Origin: Candidatus Latescibacterota bacterium
GTDB taxonomy: Bacteria > Latescibacterota > UBA2968 > UBA8231
Reading direction: 5' to 3'
NCBI GenBank assembly: GCA_965261395.1
Contig: OZ253462.1
Coordinates: forward strand, 3,584,001 to 3,648,000
Length of the DNA stretch: 64,000 nucleotides
Shown: positions 28,854 to 36,154 of the stretch, in pieces
Layout of the letters: every line of letters starts with the position of its first letter
How positions within the stretch are numbered: position 1 is the first letter of the stretch
The notes under the pieces: model-generated
The model's database searches: none
What the model was told of the DNA's origin: nothing
What the model saw: only the letters and a program-made list of their open reading frames with translations
Translations under genes and position numbers: made by a program

Positions 28854-30678
28854 GGTCCGGGCCGTTGAGATGGGCGAGCAAGGCGTCGGCCTGCTTGCGG
28901 CTAAAGCCGGGGAGGGCGGCGATATGCTCGGCTGGCGTGGCGGCGATGCGCTTGACCGAGCCAAAGGCAACGAGCAGTGCCCTGCGCTTTTGCGGGCCAA
29001 TGCCGGGGACGTGGTCCAAGGTTGAACTCAGCGCGCTCTTGGCGCGTTGCTGGCGGTGGTTTTTGAGCGCGAAGCGGTGGGCTTCGTCGCGCAGCATCTG
29101 CAACAGGCGCAGGCTGGCCGAGGTCTTGGGTAGCAGTAGAGGATCGCGCTGGTCCGGTAGGAAGACTTCCTCAAAGCGCTTGGCGAGGCCGACGACGGGT
29201 TGGTCTGCTAGGTCTAGCTCGTGCAGGGCGGCGACCGCGCTGGTAAGTTGGCCCGGCCCACCGTCGATGAGCAGCAAGTCGGGTCGCGGCTCGTTGCGCT
29301 CGGCCAGGCCGCGGAAGCGGCGATGGACCACTTGGTGGATAGAGGCGTAGTCGTCGGGTTGGGCGAGGTCGCGGATTTTGAAGTAGCGGTACTGGCTGCG
29401 CTTGGCCCGGCCGTCGATAAAGCAGACCACCGAGCCGACCGGATGCTCGCCTTGGAAGGTGGAGATGTCGATGCCTTCGATATGGCGGGGCGGGGCCGCT
29501 AGCTGCAAGTCGCGCTGGAGGGCATAGACCGATTGGGGGATGCGGTCGCGCTTCATCTCACGCTTGTGCTGGCGTTCGGCGAGCATCTGGGCGGCGTTTT
29601 TGGCGGCCATGTCCAGCATATGCGCCTTGGCACCGCGCTGGGGGGTTGCCAACTCGACCTTGCCGTCGGCTTTTTGCGACAGCCAAGCGGCCATCGCGTC
29701 GGCATCTGCTAGCTGGTCTGGCAGGTGGATTTCGGGCGGGACAAAGTCGTTTTGCAGGTAGAATTGCCGCGCAAAGGCCGAGAGGATTTCCCCGTCTGAG
29801 GACTCCATGACCCCGCCGAGGAAGTGGTGCTTCTTGCCGAGCAAGCGGCCCTCGCGGATTTCGAGGACGCTGCAACAGGCTTCGTCGTCGCTGCGAGCCA
29901 TGCCGAGGACGTCGCGGTCAACCGGGTCGTCGAGGACGACCTTTTGGCGCGCGCGCATGGACTCTAGCGCTTGGATCTGGTCGCGGAAGCGGGCTGCTTT
30001 TTCGTAGCGCATGTCTTCGGCGGCCTCGGCCATGCGCTTTTGCAACTCGCGGATCACTTCGGCATTCTGGCCGCGCAAAAAGCGCACGGCCCGCTCGACG
30101 GTTTTGCGGTAGTCATCGACCGAGACGAGGTTTTCGCAGGGGCCTTCGCAGCGCTTGATGTGGTATTCGAGGCACAGCGGCACCTTGTCTGAGGGTAGCT
30201 GGGCGTTGCAGGCGCGGATGGGGAAGACCTTGCGCAGCATGTCGAGGGTAGTGTGCATGGCGCGGACGTTGCTGTACGGGCCGAGGTAGCGCGAGCCGTC
30301 GCGGACTACGTCGCGGGTGGCGAAGATGCGGGGGAAAGGCTCGGCGGTGATGCGGATGTAAGGATATTTCTTGTCGTCTTTGAGCAGGATGTTGTAGCGC
30401 GGTTTGTGCGTGCGGATTTGGGTGGCTTCGAGGATGAGGGCCTCCTGCTCGCTACCCGTTACGATGTAGTCGATATCGGCGATGTTGCGGACTAAGGCTT
30501 TGAACTGACGCCGGCCATCGCTGCCCGACGCACGAAAGTACGAGCGCACCCGGTCGCGCAGGCTTTTGGCTTTGCCGATGTAGATGATCTGCCCGTCGCG
30601 CCTTTTCATAATATAGACGCCGGATTCGTTGGGCAGAGCGTCGAGTTTGAGGCGCAGATCTTCGGAGAGGTTGTTCAT
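28828..30678 (-). CDS. uvrC: Excinuclease ABC subunit C
   Basis: GIY-YIG (GVY..IYIGKAKSLR), UVR domain, IEGIDIS, LIDGG.GQ, RDEAHRFA, HhH. Confidence 0.96.
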   Translation of the reverse strand: MNNLSEDLRLKLDALPNESGVYIMKRRDGQIIYIGKAKSLRDRVRSYFRASGSDGRRQFKALVRNIADIDYIVTGSEQEALILEATQIRTHKPRYNILLKDDKKYPYIRITAEPFPRIFATRDVVRDGSRYLGPYSNVRAMHTTLDMLRKVFPIRACNAQLPSDKVPLCLEYHIKRCEGPCENLVSVDDYRKTVERAVRFLRGQNAEVIRELQKRMAEAAEDMRYEKAARFRDQIQALESMRARQKVVLDDPVDRDVLGMARSDDEACCSVLEIREGRLLGKKHHFLGGVMESSDGEILSAFARQFYLQNDFVPPEIHLPDQLADADAMAAWLSQKADGKVELATPQRGAKAHMLDMAAKNAAQMLAERQHKREMKRDRIPQSVYALQRDLQLAAPPRHIEGIDISTFQGEHPVGSVVCFIDGRAKRSQYRYFKIRDLAQPDDYASIHQVVHRRFRGLAERNEPRPDLLLIDGGPGQLTSAVAALHELDLADQPVVGLAKRFEEVFLPDQRDPLLLPKTSASLRLLQMLRDEAHRFALKNHRQQRAKSALSSTLDHVPGIGPQKRRALLVAFGSVKRIAATPAEHIAALPGFSRKQADALLAHLNGPDHGPPKIRS

Positions 30679-30692
30679 CAGAAAGGGATACA

Positions 30693-30747
30693 GATTGACA
30701 TATTGTAACGAGGGTATGCGTTTTGCCGGACCGCGTCAAGACGGGTG
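30693..30747. repeat. Left copy of 55-bp imperfect direct repeat bounding the TA/transposon island (contains putative uvrC promoter)
   Basis: 45/55 identical to 37086-37140; minus-strand TTGACG-17-TACCCT. Confidence 0.8.
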
Positions 30748-30762
30748 CTTTAGAAAAGAGCG

Positions 30763-30810
30763 TTGACCGCTTTGTTGCAAACGGCTATAATTATGACAAG
30801 TATGCCATAA
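30763..30810 (+). promoter_or_regulatory. sigma70 promoter and 7-6-7 operator of second HigBA-like operon
   Basis: TTGACC(30763)-17-TATAAT(30786); TTATGAC-N6-GCCATAA at 30791-30810. Confidence 0.75.
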
Positions 30811-30861
30811 ATTAGAAAAGCAGCAAGGACTTACTTCTTACACAAAGGAGAAATCACAGTC

Positions 30862-31227
30862 ATATCGACGATTCACAAGGCAGAAAGAGTCGTAACATGG
30901 GTTGGGGACTCGCTTGATCAAGTCCGCAGTTTTCCCCAACCCGCGAGAAGAACCATTGGTGAAGCTTTGCGTTTTGCTCAGTGGGGTACTAAACACCCGA
31001 AGGCAAAACCGTTGCAGGGGATTGGTCTAGGTATATTGGAGATTGTCGCCCGTTACGACACGGATACATACCGCGCCATTTATACTGTCAGAATCGGCAA
31101 GACCATCTATGTGCTTCATGCGTTTCAGAAGAAGTCCACTCGTGGTAGCAAAACTCCGAAGCAGGAAATTGACTTGATTAAACAGCGACTGAAGATAGCG
31201 CGATCGATGGAGACAAAAAATGAGTGA
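30862..31227 (+). CDS. RelE/ParE (Gp49-like) toxin, probable non-canonical ATA start
   Basis: Family-like N-terminus VVTWVGDSLDQVRSFP lies upstream of the TTG at 30967; DTYRAIYTV..IYVLHAFQKKS; SD AAAGGAG at 30844-30850. Confidence 0.8.
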   Translation: MSTIHKAERVVTWVGDSLDQVRSFPQPARRTIGEALRFAQWGTKHPKAKPLQGIGLGILEIVARYDTDTYRAIYTVRIGKTIYVLHAFQKKSTRGSKTPKQEIDLIKQRLKIARSMETKNE

Positions 31228-31549
31228 AGAAGTCAAATTCGAGCCAAGCTCTGGAAATGTGTTTAAGGACCTGGGATTCTCTAATGCGGAAGCTGAACGC
31301 GAACTGGTGAAGGCCGACCTCGCCTTGGCAATCTACAGCATCCTCAAAGAGCGCAAAATGACCCAGACAAAAGCCGGAGAAATCCTCGGCGTCAATCAGT
31401 CGGATGTATCGCGCTTGAAAAATGGTGATTTTGACCGCTTCAGTGTGGAGCGTCTGTTTGCGTTTCTCAATCGGCTCAATCGCAACGTCGAGATTCGCAT
31501 TACGTCGGCAGAAGATTTGCAGGGACACCAGCGAGTCGTTGCGGTATAG
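31220..31549 (+). CDS. XRE-HTH antitoxin (HigA2-like)
   Basis: SSGNVFKDLGF, MTQTKAGEILGVNQSDVSRL, FSVERL. Confidence 0.9.
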   Translation: MSEEVKFEPSSGNVFKDLGFSNAEAERELVKADLALAIYSILKERKMTQTKAGEILGVNQSDVSRLKNGDFDRFSVERLFAFLNRLNRNVEIRITSAEDLQGHQRVVAV

Positions 31550-31646
31550 CGGCGCGGCCTTCGCCCAATCGGCCACTACTTGAGCAAGAGCAGTCGCCGG
31601 GTCTGCTCGCCGCCGGGATAGTGAAGACGGGTGAAATAGACACCGA

Positions 31647-31698
31647 TTGAGCAAAGAGGGCGATAATGGTATTGGTATCCAGTAGGTATCTACCATTC
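31647..31698 (-). pseudogene. VapC/PIN toxin 5' remnant split by the transposon
   Basis: Removing the element and one TSD restores ATG AAT GGT AGA TAC CTA CTG GAT ACC AAT = MNGRYLLDTNTIIALFAQ (ATG at 36165); PIN similarity is lost after ~18 codons. Confidence 0.75.
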
Positions 31699-31809
31699 GG
31701 TAGTGTCGCAGTTTGAAATCTGGCCTAAAACACCTGAATTATGGCACGCAGATTGCCTAGTTTCGGCGGATTGACTGGAATCACTGCCCAGTCCCTCCCA
31801 AGGACGAGC

Positions 31810-31872
31810 GGCGCGGATGTCTTGGGCATCCGCGCCGTTTTGCTTGACATCGGTCAATTCACTGTGTACTGT
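31810..31872 (+). promoter_or_regulatory. Hairpin plus sigma70 promoter inside transposon left end
   Basis: GGCGCGGATGTC-TTG-GGCATCCGCGCC-GTTTT, then TTGACA(31844)-17-TACTGT(31867). Confidence 0.65.
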
Positions 31873-31904
31873 CCATGTAACCTTTGCTCTGGAGGAAACT
31901 CACC

Positions 31905-32090
31905 ATGCCTAAAGGCCCTCAAGGACAGCGTCGTCCAGCCGATGCTGTCGGCTGTGCCGTTCAGGTGGCCCGCATCGCCACCGGCGAGGAACAGGAAGAT
32001 ACGCCTCAAAAGCAGCCTTCGACGCTCAAGCGTCTCCTAGACAAGGCCGCGCCCCTGTTCAAAAAGCCAGCCCATCAGAAAAACCGGTAG
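31905..32090 (+). CDS. Small basic protein MPKGPQGQRRPAD... (transposon accessory gene)
   Basis: SD GGAGG, own promoter, 61 aa; function unknown. Confidence 0.7.
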   Translation: MPKGPQGQRRPADAVGCAVQVARIATGEEQEDTPQKQPSTLKRLLDKAAPLFKKPAHQKNR

Positions 32091-32111
32091 AACGAAGGCT
32101 CGAACCGAAGA

Positions 32112-32303
32112 TTATTCTTCTCGATCCCTGTTGGCGTCTGTCAAACTCTGGCGTTCCAACTCTTCCTTAACAAGCCAATGCAACGCTGCAACCGTGTCTT
32201 TCTCCAGCTCCAGCACATCCTTCAAGGCGGCGTTGTTGGGCATCATATTGCTTTTTCCGTGCCGAATAGCCTTGAGCAATTCGATAAGCTCCATATCCTT
32301 CAT
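32112..32303 (-). CDS. Hypothetical 63-aa protein (variable partner, cassette A)
   Basis: Strong SD AAGGAGGTG overlapping the stop of the 73-aa ORF. Confidence 0.65.
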   Translation of the reverse strand: MKDMELIELLKAIRHGKSNMMPNNAALKDVLELEKDTVAALHWLVKEELERQSLTDANRDREE

Positions 32304-32501
32304 CGTCTCACCTCCTTGCCAAGATGATTTTCGGTGTGCGAGCGATCTGCATGGAGCGGGAGAGGATTCGTTCCATCTCCATATAACGGTACATCTCCAC
32401 TTCCTCGCGGATCTGATTGCGTTCTTCTTGCAACTGGAGACACAAGTTCCACGATCCGGAGCCGGGCGGCTGCGGTATGCGTGGGGCTTGTTCTAGTTCG
32501 G
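32299..32501. repeat. 203-bp direct repeat, copy A
   Basis: One mismatch seen versus 34844-35046 (offset 2545). Confidence 0.92.
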
Positions 32502-32529
32502 GGGTAACAGTACTATTAGAATTGACCAT
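32308..32529 (-). CDS. Conserved 73-aa protein (cassette A)
   Basis: Paralog of 34853..35074; SD GAAGGGAG lies within a hairpin. Confidence 0.7.
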   Translation of the reverse strand: MVNSNSTVTPELEQAPRIPQPPGSGSWNLCLQLQEERNQIREEVEMYRYMEMERILSRSMQIARTPKIILARR

Positions 32530-32636
32530 CGAAGAGTCTCCCTTCGTTGGTTACGCCCGCCGCGCCCGCCAAAGACGCGAAAGGCTGGATAATGGCCCCT
32601 CTTCGATCCTGGAATCAGGAGTCGAAGAGGGGCCGA
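32523..32636 (+). ncRNA. Putative cis-antisense sRNA A (three stem-loops)
   Basis: TTGTTC(32488)-17-TACTAT(32511) embedded in the ORF; hairpins 32524-32552, 32555-32585, 32594-32634, structurally mirrored in copy B. Ends are estimates. Confidence 0.55.
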
Positions 32637-32650
32637 AGTATGACGGCGAG

Positions 32651-32679
32651 AACGTATGGGTCCCGCCCCGAGAAGTCAA
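32651..32679 (-). promoter_or_regulatory. Sense promoter of cassette A
   Basis: Minus strand TTGACT(32679-32674)-17-TACGTT(32656-32651). Confidence 0.55.
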
Positions 32680-32787
32680 CCCACTTCTGGTTGATGAATT
32701 TCTGCCATTAGGCATCTATCCTTTGGGACTTATATACTTGGCTACACAGTGAGAACTTGACGTTGGTACACTACCATTCCCTAAAGT

Positions 32788-33387
32788 TCAGCCGCAACCG
32801 GCATCCTCTCCGAAGTACACGGACTGGACGTGTTCAACGTAGGCTAAATCTTCTTTGTAGTATTCGTATCGCTCATATGCCCGTTTAAGTCTACTTTCTA
32901 AGTCGTTCCAGCATTGTTCTCCGCAATCTGTTCCTATCCATAACTCGTCCATTAGAGCCGATATTTCTTTCACTGCGCAAGCATATCGCTCGACCTTGTA
33001 CTGGGACGATTCAACTTCTCGAAATACAATCGTCTCTAGCGTTGTGTTGCAAAGAGGCTCATGGAAGAGTTCTTCAGGATCAAATATCCAAACTCTTTCT
33101 GACCGATCTTGGGGATTTCTTATCTCAGTATCGGTATAAACGACGATAGGAGGGGTGTAGTGGTCTCCGTGGCCCTCATAGTTGAAAAAAGTCCCATATT
33201 CACTGTCGATGTAATCTAAGAGTCTGAGATTCCCGCTTTCAGTAATGAATACGGCTTTTACCACCGTATCGAGAATAGCCGCTTCGCAGGGGAACTCTTG
33301 GGTTACTGGTTTAAGGGCCTCCTCGGAAGAGGTTGGAGGCCCTGCACGGCATCCTACAAAAGCGATGAGGAGAATAAATAAGCCCAT
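32788..33387 (-). CDS. Hypothetical lipoprotein-like protein; 5' end probably cut off by IS5 insertion
   Basis: Hydrophobic segment plus FVGC; in frame with 34583..34656 once the IS and one TSD are removed. Confidence 0.65.
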   Translation of the reverse strand: MGLFILLIAFVGCRAGPPTSSEEALKPVTQEFPCEAAILDTVVKAVFITESGNLRLLDYIDSEYGTFFNYEGHGDHYTPPIVVYTDTEIRNPQDRSERVWIFDPEELFHEPLCNTTLETIVFREVESSQYKVERYACAVKEISALMDELWIGTDCGEQCWNDLESRLKRAYERYEYYKEDLAYVEHVQSVYFGEDAGCG

Positions 33388-33397
33388 AGCTTTCTGT

Positions 33398-34582
33398 GGC
33401 TTTGTTGCATGAAAACCGGTCGGGGCCGTGTTGGCTTCTTTCGCGTGTGATTTACGCTTTTTTGGTTAGCGGATAGGACTCAGGTTTCGCCAACGCCCGC
33501 ATCCGGTTGAGCAAGGCACAGCCCAACCGCGCTTCGGTCTGTTGGTTGGTTAGGGTTCGGGTGCGCAAGGTGTCACCAAGTATCTGTTTGTAGCGGCCTA
33601 TCTGCGTTTCGGCTACCGAGCGTCGATGATAGCCGCTCTCGTGTTTCCAACCTCGACGGCCCCGTTTGCGGATGGCTCGAATCGTCTCATCGCGGGGCAA
33701 CGGCTCGGCGTTGGTGTTGCCATGTTGCTCGATTTTGGCGTCCTTGCGCGGCGGAATGATCGGATGAATAGGTGCCCCCTGCTCGGGCGCGGCCAACGCC
33801 TTGAACACCTTGCGTTTGTCATAGGCCCCATCGCCGCCCAACGCCTCCACGGGGGCCTCGATCTGTGCCAGCAACGGCTCCACCTGCCCCGCATCATCGT
33901 GGCTATTCGTCGTCAAGGTCTGCGCGACGATCTCGCCGGTGGCTTCATTAACCCCGAGGTGCAATTTGCGCCACGTGCGCCGCTTGCTCCAGCCGTGCTG
34001 ACGCACCTTCCATTCGCCTTCGCCATACACTTTCAGCCCGGTCGAATCCACCACCAAGTGCATCGGTTGGTCTCCCCGCTGGGGCGGCCACGCCACGGCT
34101 AAACCCGCCTGACGGCGCGACAGGGTCGTGTGATCGGGCACCCGCAGATCCAAGCCCATCAGGGCCAACACCGAAGCGACAAACCCCTCGGTTTGGCGTA
34201 GGGGCAAGTGATACAAAAGACGCAGCGTCAACGCCGTTTGGATGGCGACCTCCGAAAAGGTATATTGCGCCCCCCGCTGAGGCGGCCCTTGATAATACCA
34301 AGCTTCGACGGCCTGGGGCGTGAACCACACCGTCAGACTACCGCGCTGTTGCAGCCCGGCCTCATAGTCGGCCCAATTACGTACCCGGTACACGACGTTG
34401 GAGCGACGGCGAGGCGAGCGACCAGGCTTGACGGAAGAGGGGCAAGACGATAGGTTGGCCATGACAGGTTCCTTGGACGAGAAAGCATGGGTTTTTTGGC
34501 GAAAGTCGTGCTCAATCTACTGAGGAGCCTGTTTTTATTCAACCGATCAACCGAAAAAAACACCAATTCATGCACCAAAGCC
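33398..34582 (-). mobile_element. IS5-family (IS903 group) insertion sequence, 1185 bp
   Basis: 16-bp TIRs GGCTTTG(T/G)TGCATGAA (15/16 match); 9-bp TSD GCTTTCTGT (33389-33397; 34583-34591). Confidence 0.93.
33452..34462 (-). CDS. IS5/IS903-group DDE transposase
   Basis: YRVRNWADYEAGLQQRGSLTVW, VPDHTTLSRR, VDSTGLK, WRKLHL, DGAYD, GYHRRSVAET. Confidence 0.95.
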   Translation of the reverse strand: MANLSSCPSSVKPGRSPRRRSNVVYRVRNWADYEAGLQQRGSLTVWFTPQAVEAWYYQGPPQRGAQYTFSEVAIQTALTLRLLYHLPLRQTEGFVASVLALMGLDLRVPDHTTLSRRQAGLAVAWPPQRGDQPMHLVVDSTGLKVYGEGEWKVRQHGWSKRRTWRKLHLGVNEATGEIVAQTLTTNSHDDAGQVEPLLAQIEAPVEALGGDGAYDKRKVFKALAAPEQGAPIHPIIPPRKDAKIEQHGNTNAEPLPRDETIRAIRKRGRRGWKHESGYHRRSVAETQIGRYKQILGDTLRTRTLTNQQTEARLGCALLNRMRALAKPESYPLTKKA

Positions 34583-34656
34583 GCTTTCTGTTGGGAATAG
34601 TTAGACTTAGAGGGGATTAGCTTACCGTGATCGGCTAGATCCTTTATGATGGACAT
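34583..34656 (-). pseudogene. Detached 5' end (MSIIKDLADHGK...QQKA) of the 32788..33387 gene
   Basis: SD AAAGGA, ATG 3 nt after the upstream stop; frame joins GC|T ATG GGC across the TSD. Confidence 0.6.
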
Positions 34657-34659
34657 GGG

Positions 34660-34848
34660 TCAGTCCTTTCTTCGCGTGCGATTGAACTCGTCGATTCTAT
34701 CCTTCCACCTCAAGGTATAGCGAATGCGGACTAGATCTGAATCCTCTAATACTTCGGGATATGGCTCGCCAAGAGCCTTTGTCTCTTGGTAGAAACGATC
34801 TTCCTCAAGGTCTAATTCGATCCACTGCTTATCTGAAGAAATGTTCAT
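34660..34848 (-). CDS. Hypothetical 62-aa protein (variable partner, cassette B)
   Basis: Same SD/ATG context as 32112..32303 but unrelated sequence after ATGAA. Confidence 0.65.
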   Translation of the reverse strand: MNISSDKQWIELDLEEDRFYQETKALGEPYPEVLEDSDLVRIRYTLRWKDRIDEFNRTRRKD

Positions 34849-35046
34849 CGTCTCACCTCCTTGCCAAGATGATTTTCGGTGTGCGAGCGATCTGCATGGA
34901 GCGGGAGAGGATTCGTTCCATCTCCATATAACGGTACATCTCCACTTCCTCGCGGATCTGATTGCGTTCTTCTTGCAACTGGAGACACAAGTTCCACAAT
35001 CCGGAGCCGGGCGGCTGCGGTATGCGTGGGGCTTGTTCTAGTTCGG
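34844..35046. repeat. 203-bp direct repeat, copy B
   Basis: Matches 32299-32501. Confidence 0.92.
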
Positions 35047-35074
35047 AGGGAATGGTACTATTGTGAGTGGCCAT
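34853..35074 (-). CDS. Conserved 73-aa protein (cassette B)
   Basis: Differs from copy A only within the first 10 aa and at one internal residue. Confidence 0.7.
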   Translation of the reverse strand: MATHNSTIPSELEQAPRIPQPPGSGLWNLCLQLQEERNQIREEVEMYRYMEMERILSRSMQIARTPKIILARR

Positions 35075-35183
35075 TAGAAGAGTGTTCCTTCTATGGTTAC
35101 GCCCTCGGCGCTCTAGGCAAGCGCTTCAGGCAAAATATTGGAGGCCCCGCCTCAACTTTGGGATTGAATCAGCGGAGCCTCAT
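35068..35183 (+). ncRNA. Putative cis-antisense sRNA B (three stem-loops)
   Basis: TTGTTC(35033)-17-TACTAT(35056) with TG extension; hairpins 35069-35098, 35101-35131, 35141-35181. Ends are estimates. Confidence 0.55.
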
Positions 35184-35205
35184 ATAGTAACGCAACAACA
35201 CCAAA

Positions 35206-35234
35206 ATCATACTCGCCTAACCGATCCTCGTCAA
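35206..35234 (-). promoter_or_regulatory. Sense promoter of cassette B
   Basis: Minus strand TTGACG(35234-35229)-17-TATGAT(35211-35206). Confidence 0.65.
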
Positions 35235-35303
35235 GTCGTAAAATCCCTATTTCAAAGTGAAATTTTCTTGTATAAGTCGGTGTTTTTGCGTATATGATGA
35301 GGC

Positions 35304-36086
35304 ATGAACCGACTGCCTTTAGACAAGCGTCTCCTGCTTCTGAACATGCTGGTGGAAGGCTCGTCGATGCGGGCGATCAGCCGCGTGGCGGATGTGTCCA
35401 TTAACACGGTCTGCAAGATGCTCGCCGACGCGGGACCCGTCTGCGCCCGCTATCACGACGAGATGGTGCGCTCAATGGATGTGCGCCGGGTCGAAGTGGA
35501 TGAGGTGTGGTCGTTTTGCTATGCCAAGCAGAAGACGGTCAACCAAGCTCCCGATCTGCCAGACGGTGCCGGCGACGTATGGACGTGGACGGCGATTGAT
35601 GCCGACACCAAGCTGATGCTGGCCTACGAGGTCGGCGACCGCTCCTTAGACACGGGCTTGGAGTTTCTGGAGAATCTGCGCGAAAGGCTGGCGAGCCCGG
35701 TCCATTTGGCCGCGGACGGCTACAACGTCTATCTGTCCGCGGTTGAGCAGGTCTTCGGCGAGGAGGCCAAACACCTGCTACGAACCGAAGGCGAGTCCAC
35801 GTCCTACGTGGAGCGGCAAAACCTGACCATGCGCATGGGGATGCGGCGGTTTACCCGCAAGACCAACGGCTTCAGCAAAAGGCTGGAGCGCCATGTGAAT
35901 ATGCTGTCGCTGTACTTCGTGCATTACAACTTCGTCCGAATCCATTCTTCGCTTAGGATGCCCCCGGCGATGGCCGCTGGGCTGACGGACACGCTTCACG
36001 ATATGGAGTGGCTGGCCGAGATGATCGAGGCTGGACTGCCCAAGCCGCAAAGACCCAAGAAATATCGCCCCCGAACCGCAAACTAA
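35304..36086 (+). CDS. IS1-family transposase (single ORF, HTH + DDE)
   Basis: LVEGSSMRAISRVADVSINTV HTH; VEVDEVWSF, WTWTAIDADTKL, AADG, TSYVERQNLTMR..RRFTRKTNGFSK. Confidence 0.9.
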   Translation: MNRLPLDKRLLLLNMLVEGSSMRAISRVADVSINTVCKMLADAGPVCARYHDEMVRSMDVRRVEVDEVWSFCYAKQKTVNQAPDLPDGAGDVWTWTAIDADTKLMLAYEVGDRSLDTGLEFLENLRERLASPVHLAADGYNVYLSAVEQVFGEEAKHLLRTEGESTSYVERQNLTMRMGMRRFTRKTNGFSKRLERHVNMLSLYFVHYNFVRIHSSLRMPPAMAAGLTDTLHDMEWLAEMIEAGLPKPQRPKKYRPRTAN

Positions 36087-36154
36087 AAGTCCCCTTGGCA
36101 ACAACCGTGCCAAGAGAACTTTTTTCAGCCTCCAATTTCAAACTGCGACACTAC

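Noticed and set aside
32769-32779. Internal CACTACCATTC resembling TIR end + TSD
   Set aside because: Short match only; the rest of the 21-bp TIR is absent, so likely chance.
32299-35046. 203-bp near-identical pair as a DGR template/variable repeat
   Set aside because: Only one mismatch, no adenine-specific pattern and no reverse transcriptase in the window.
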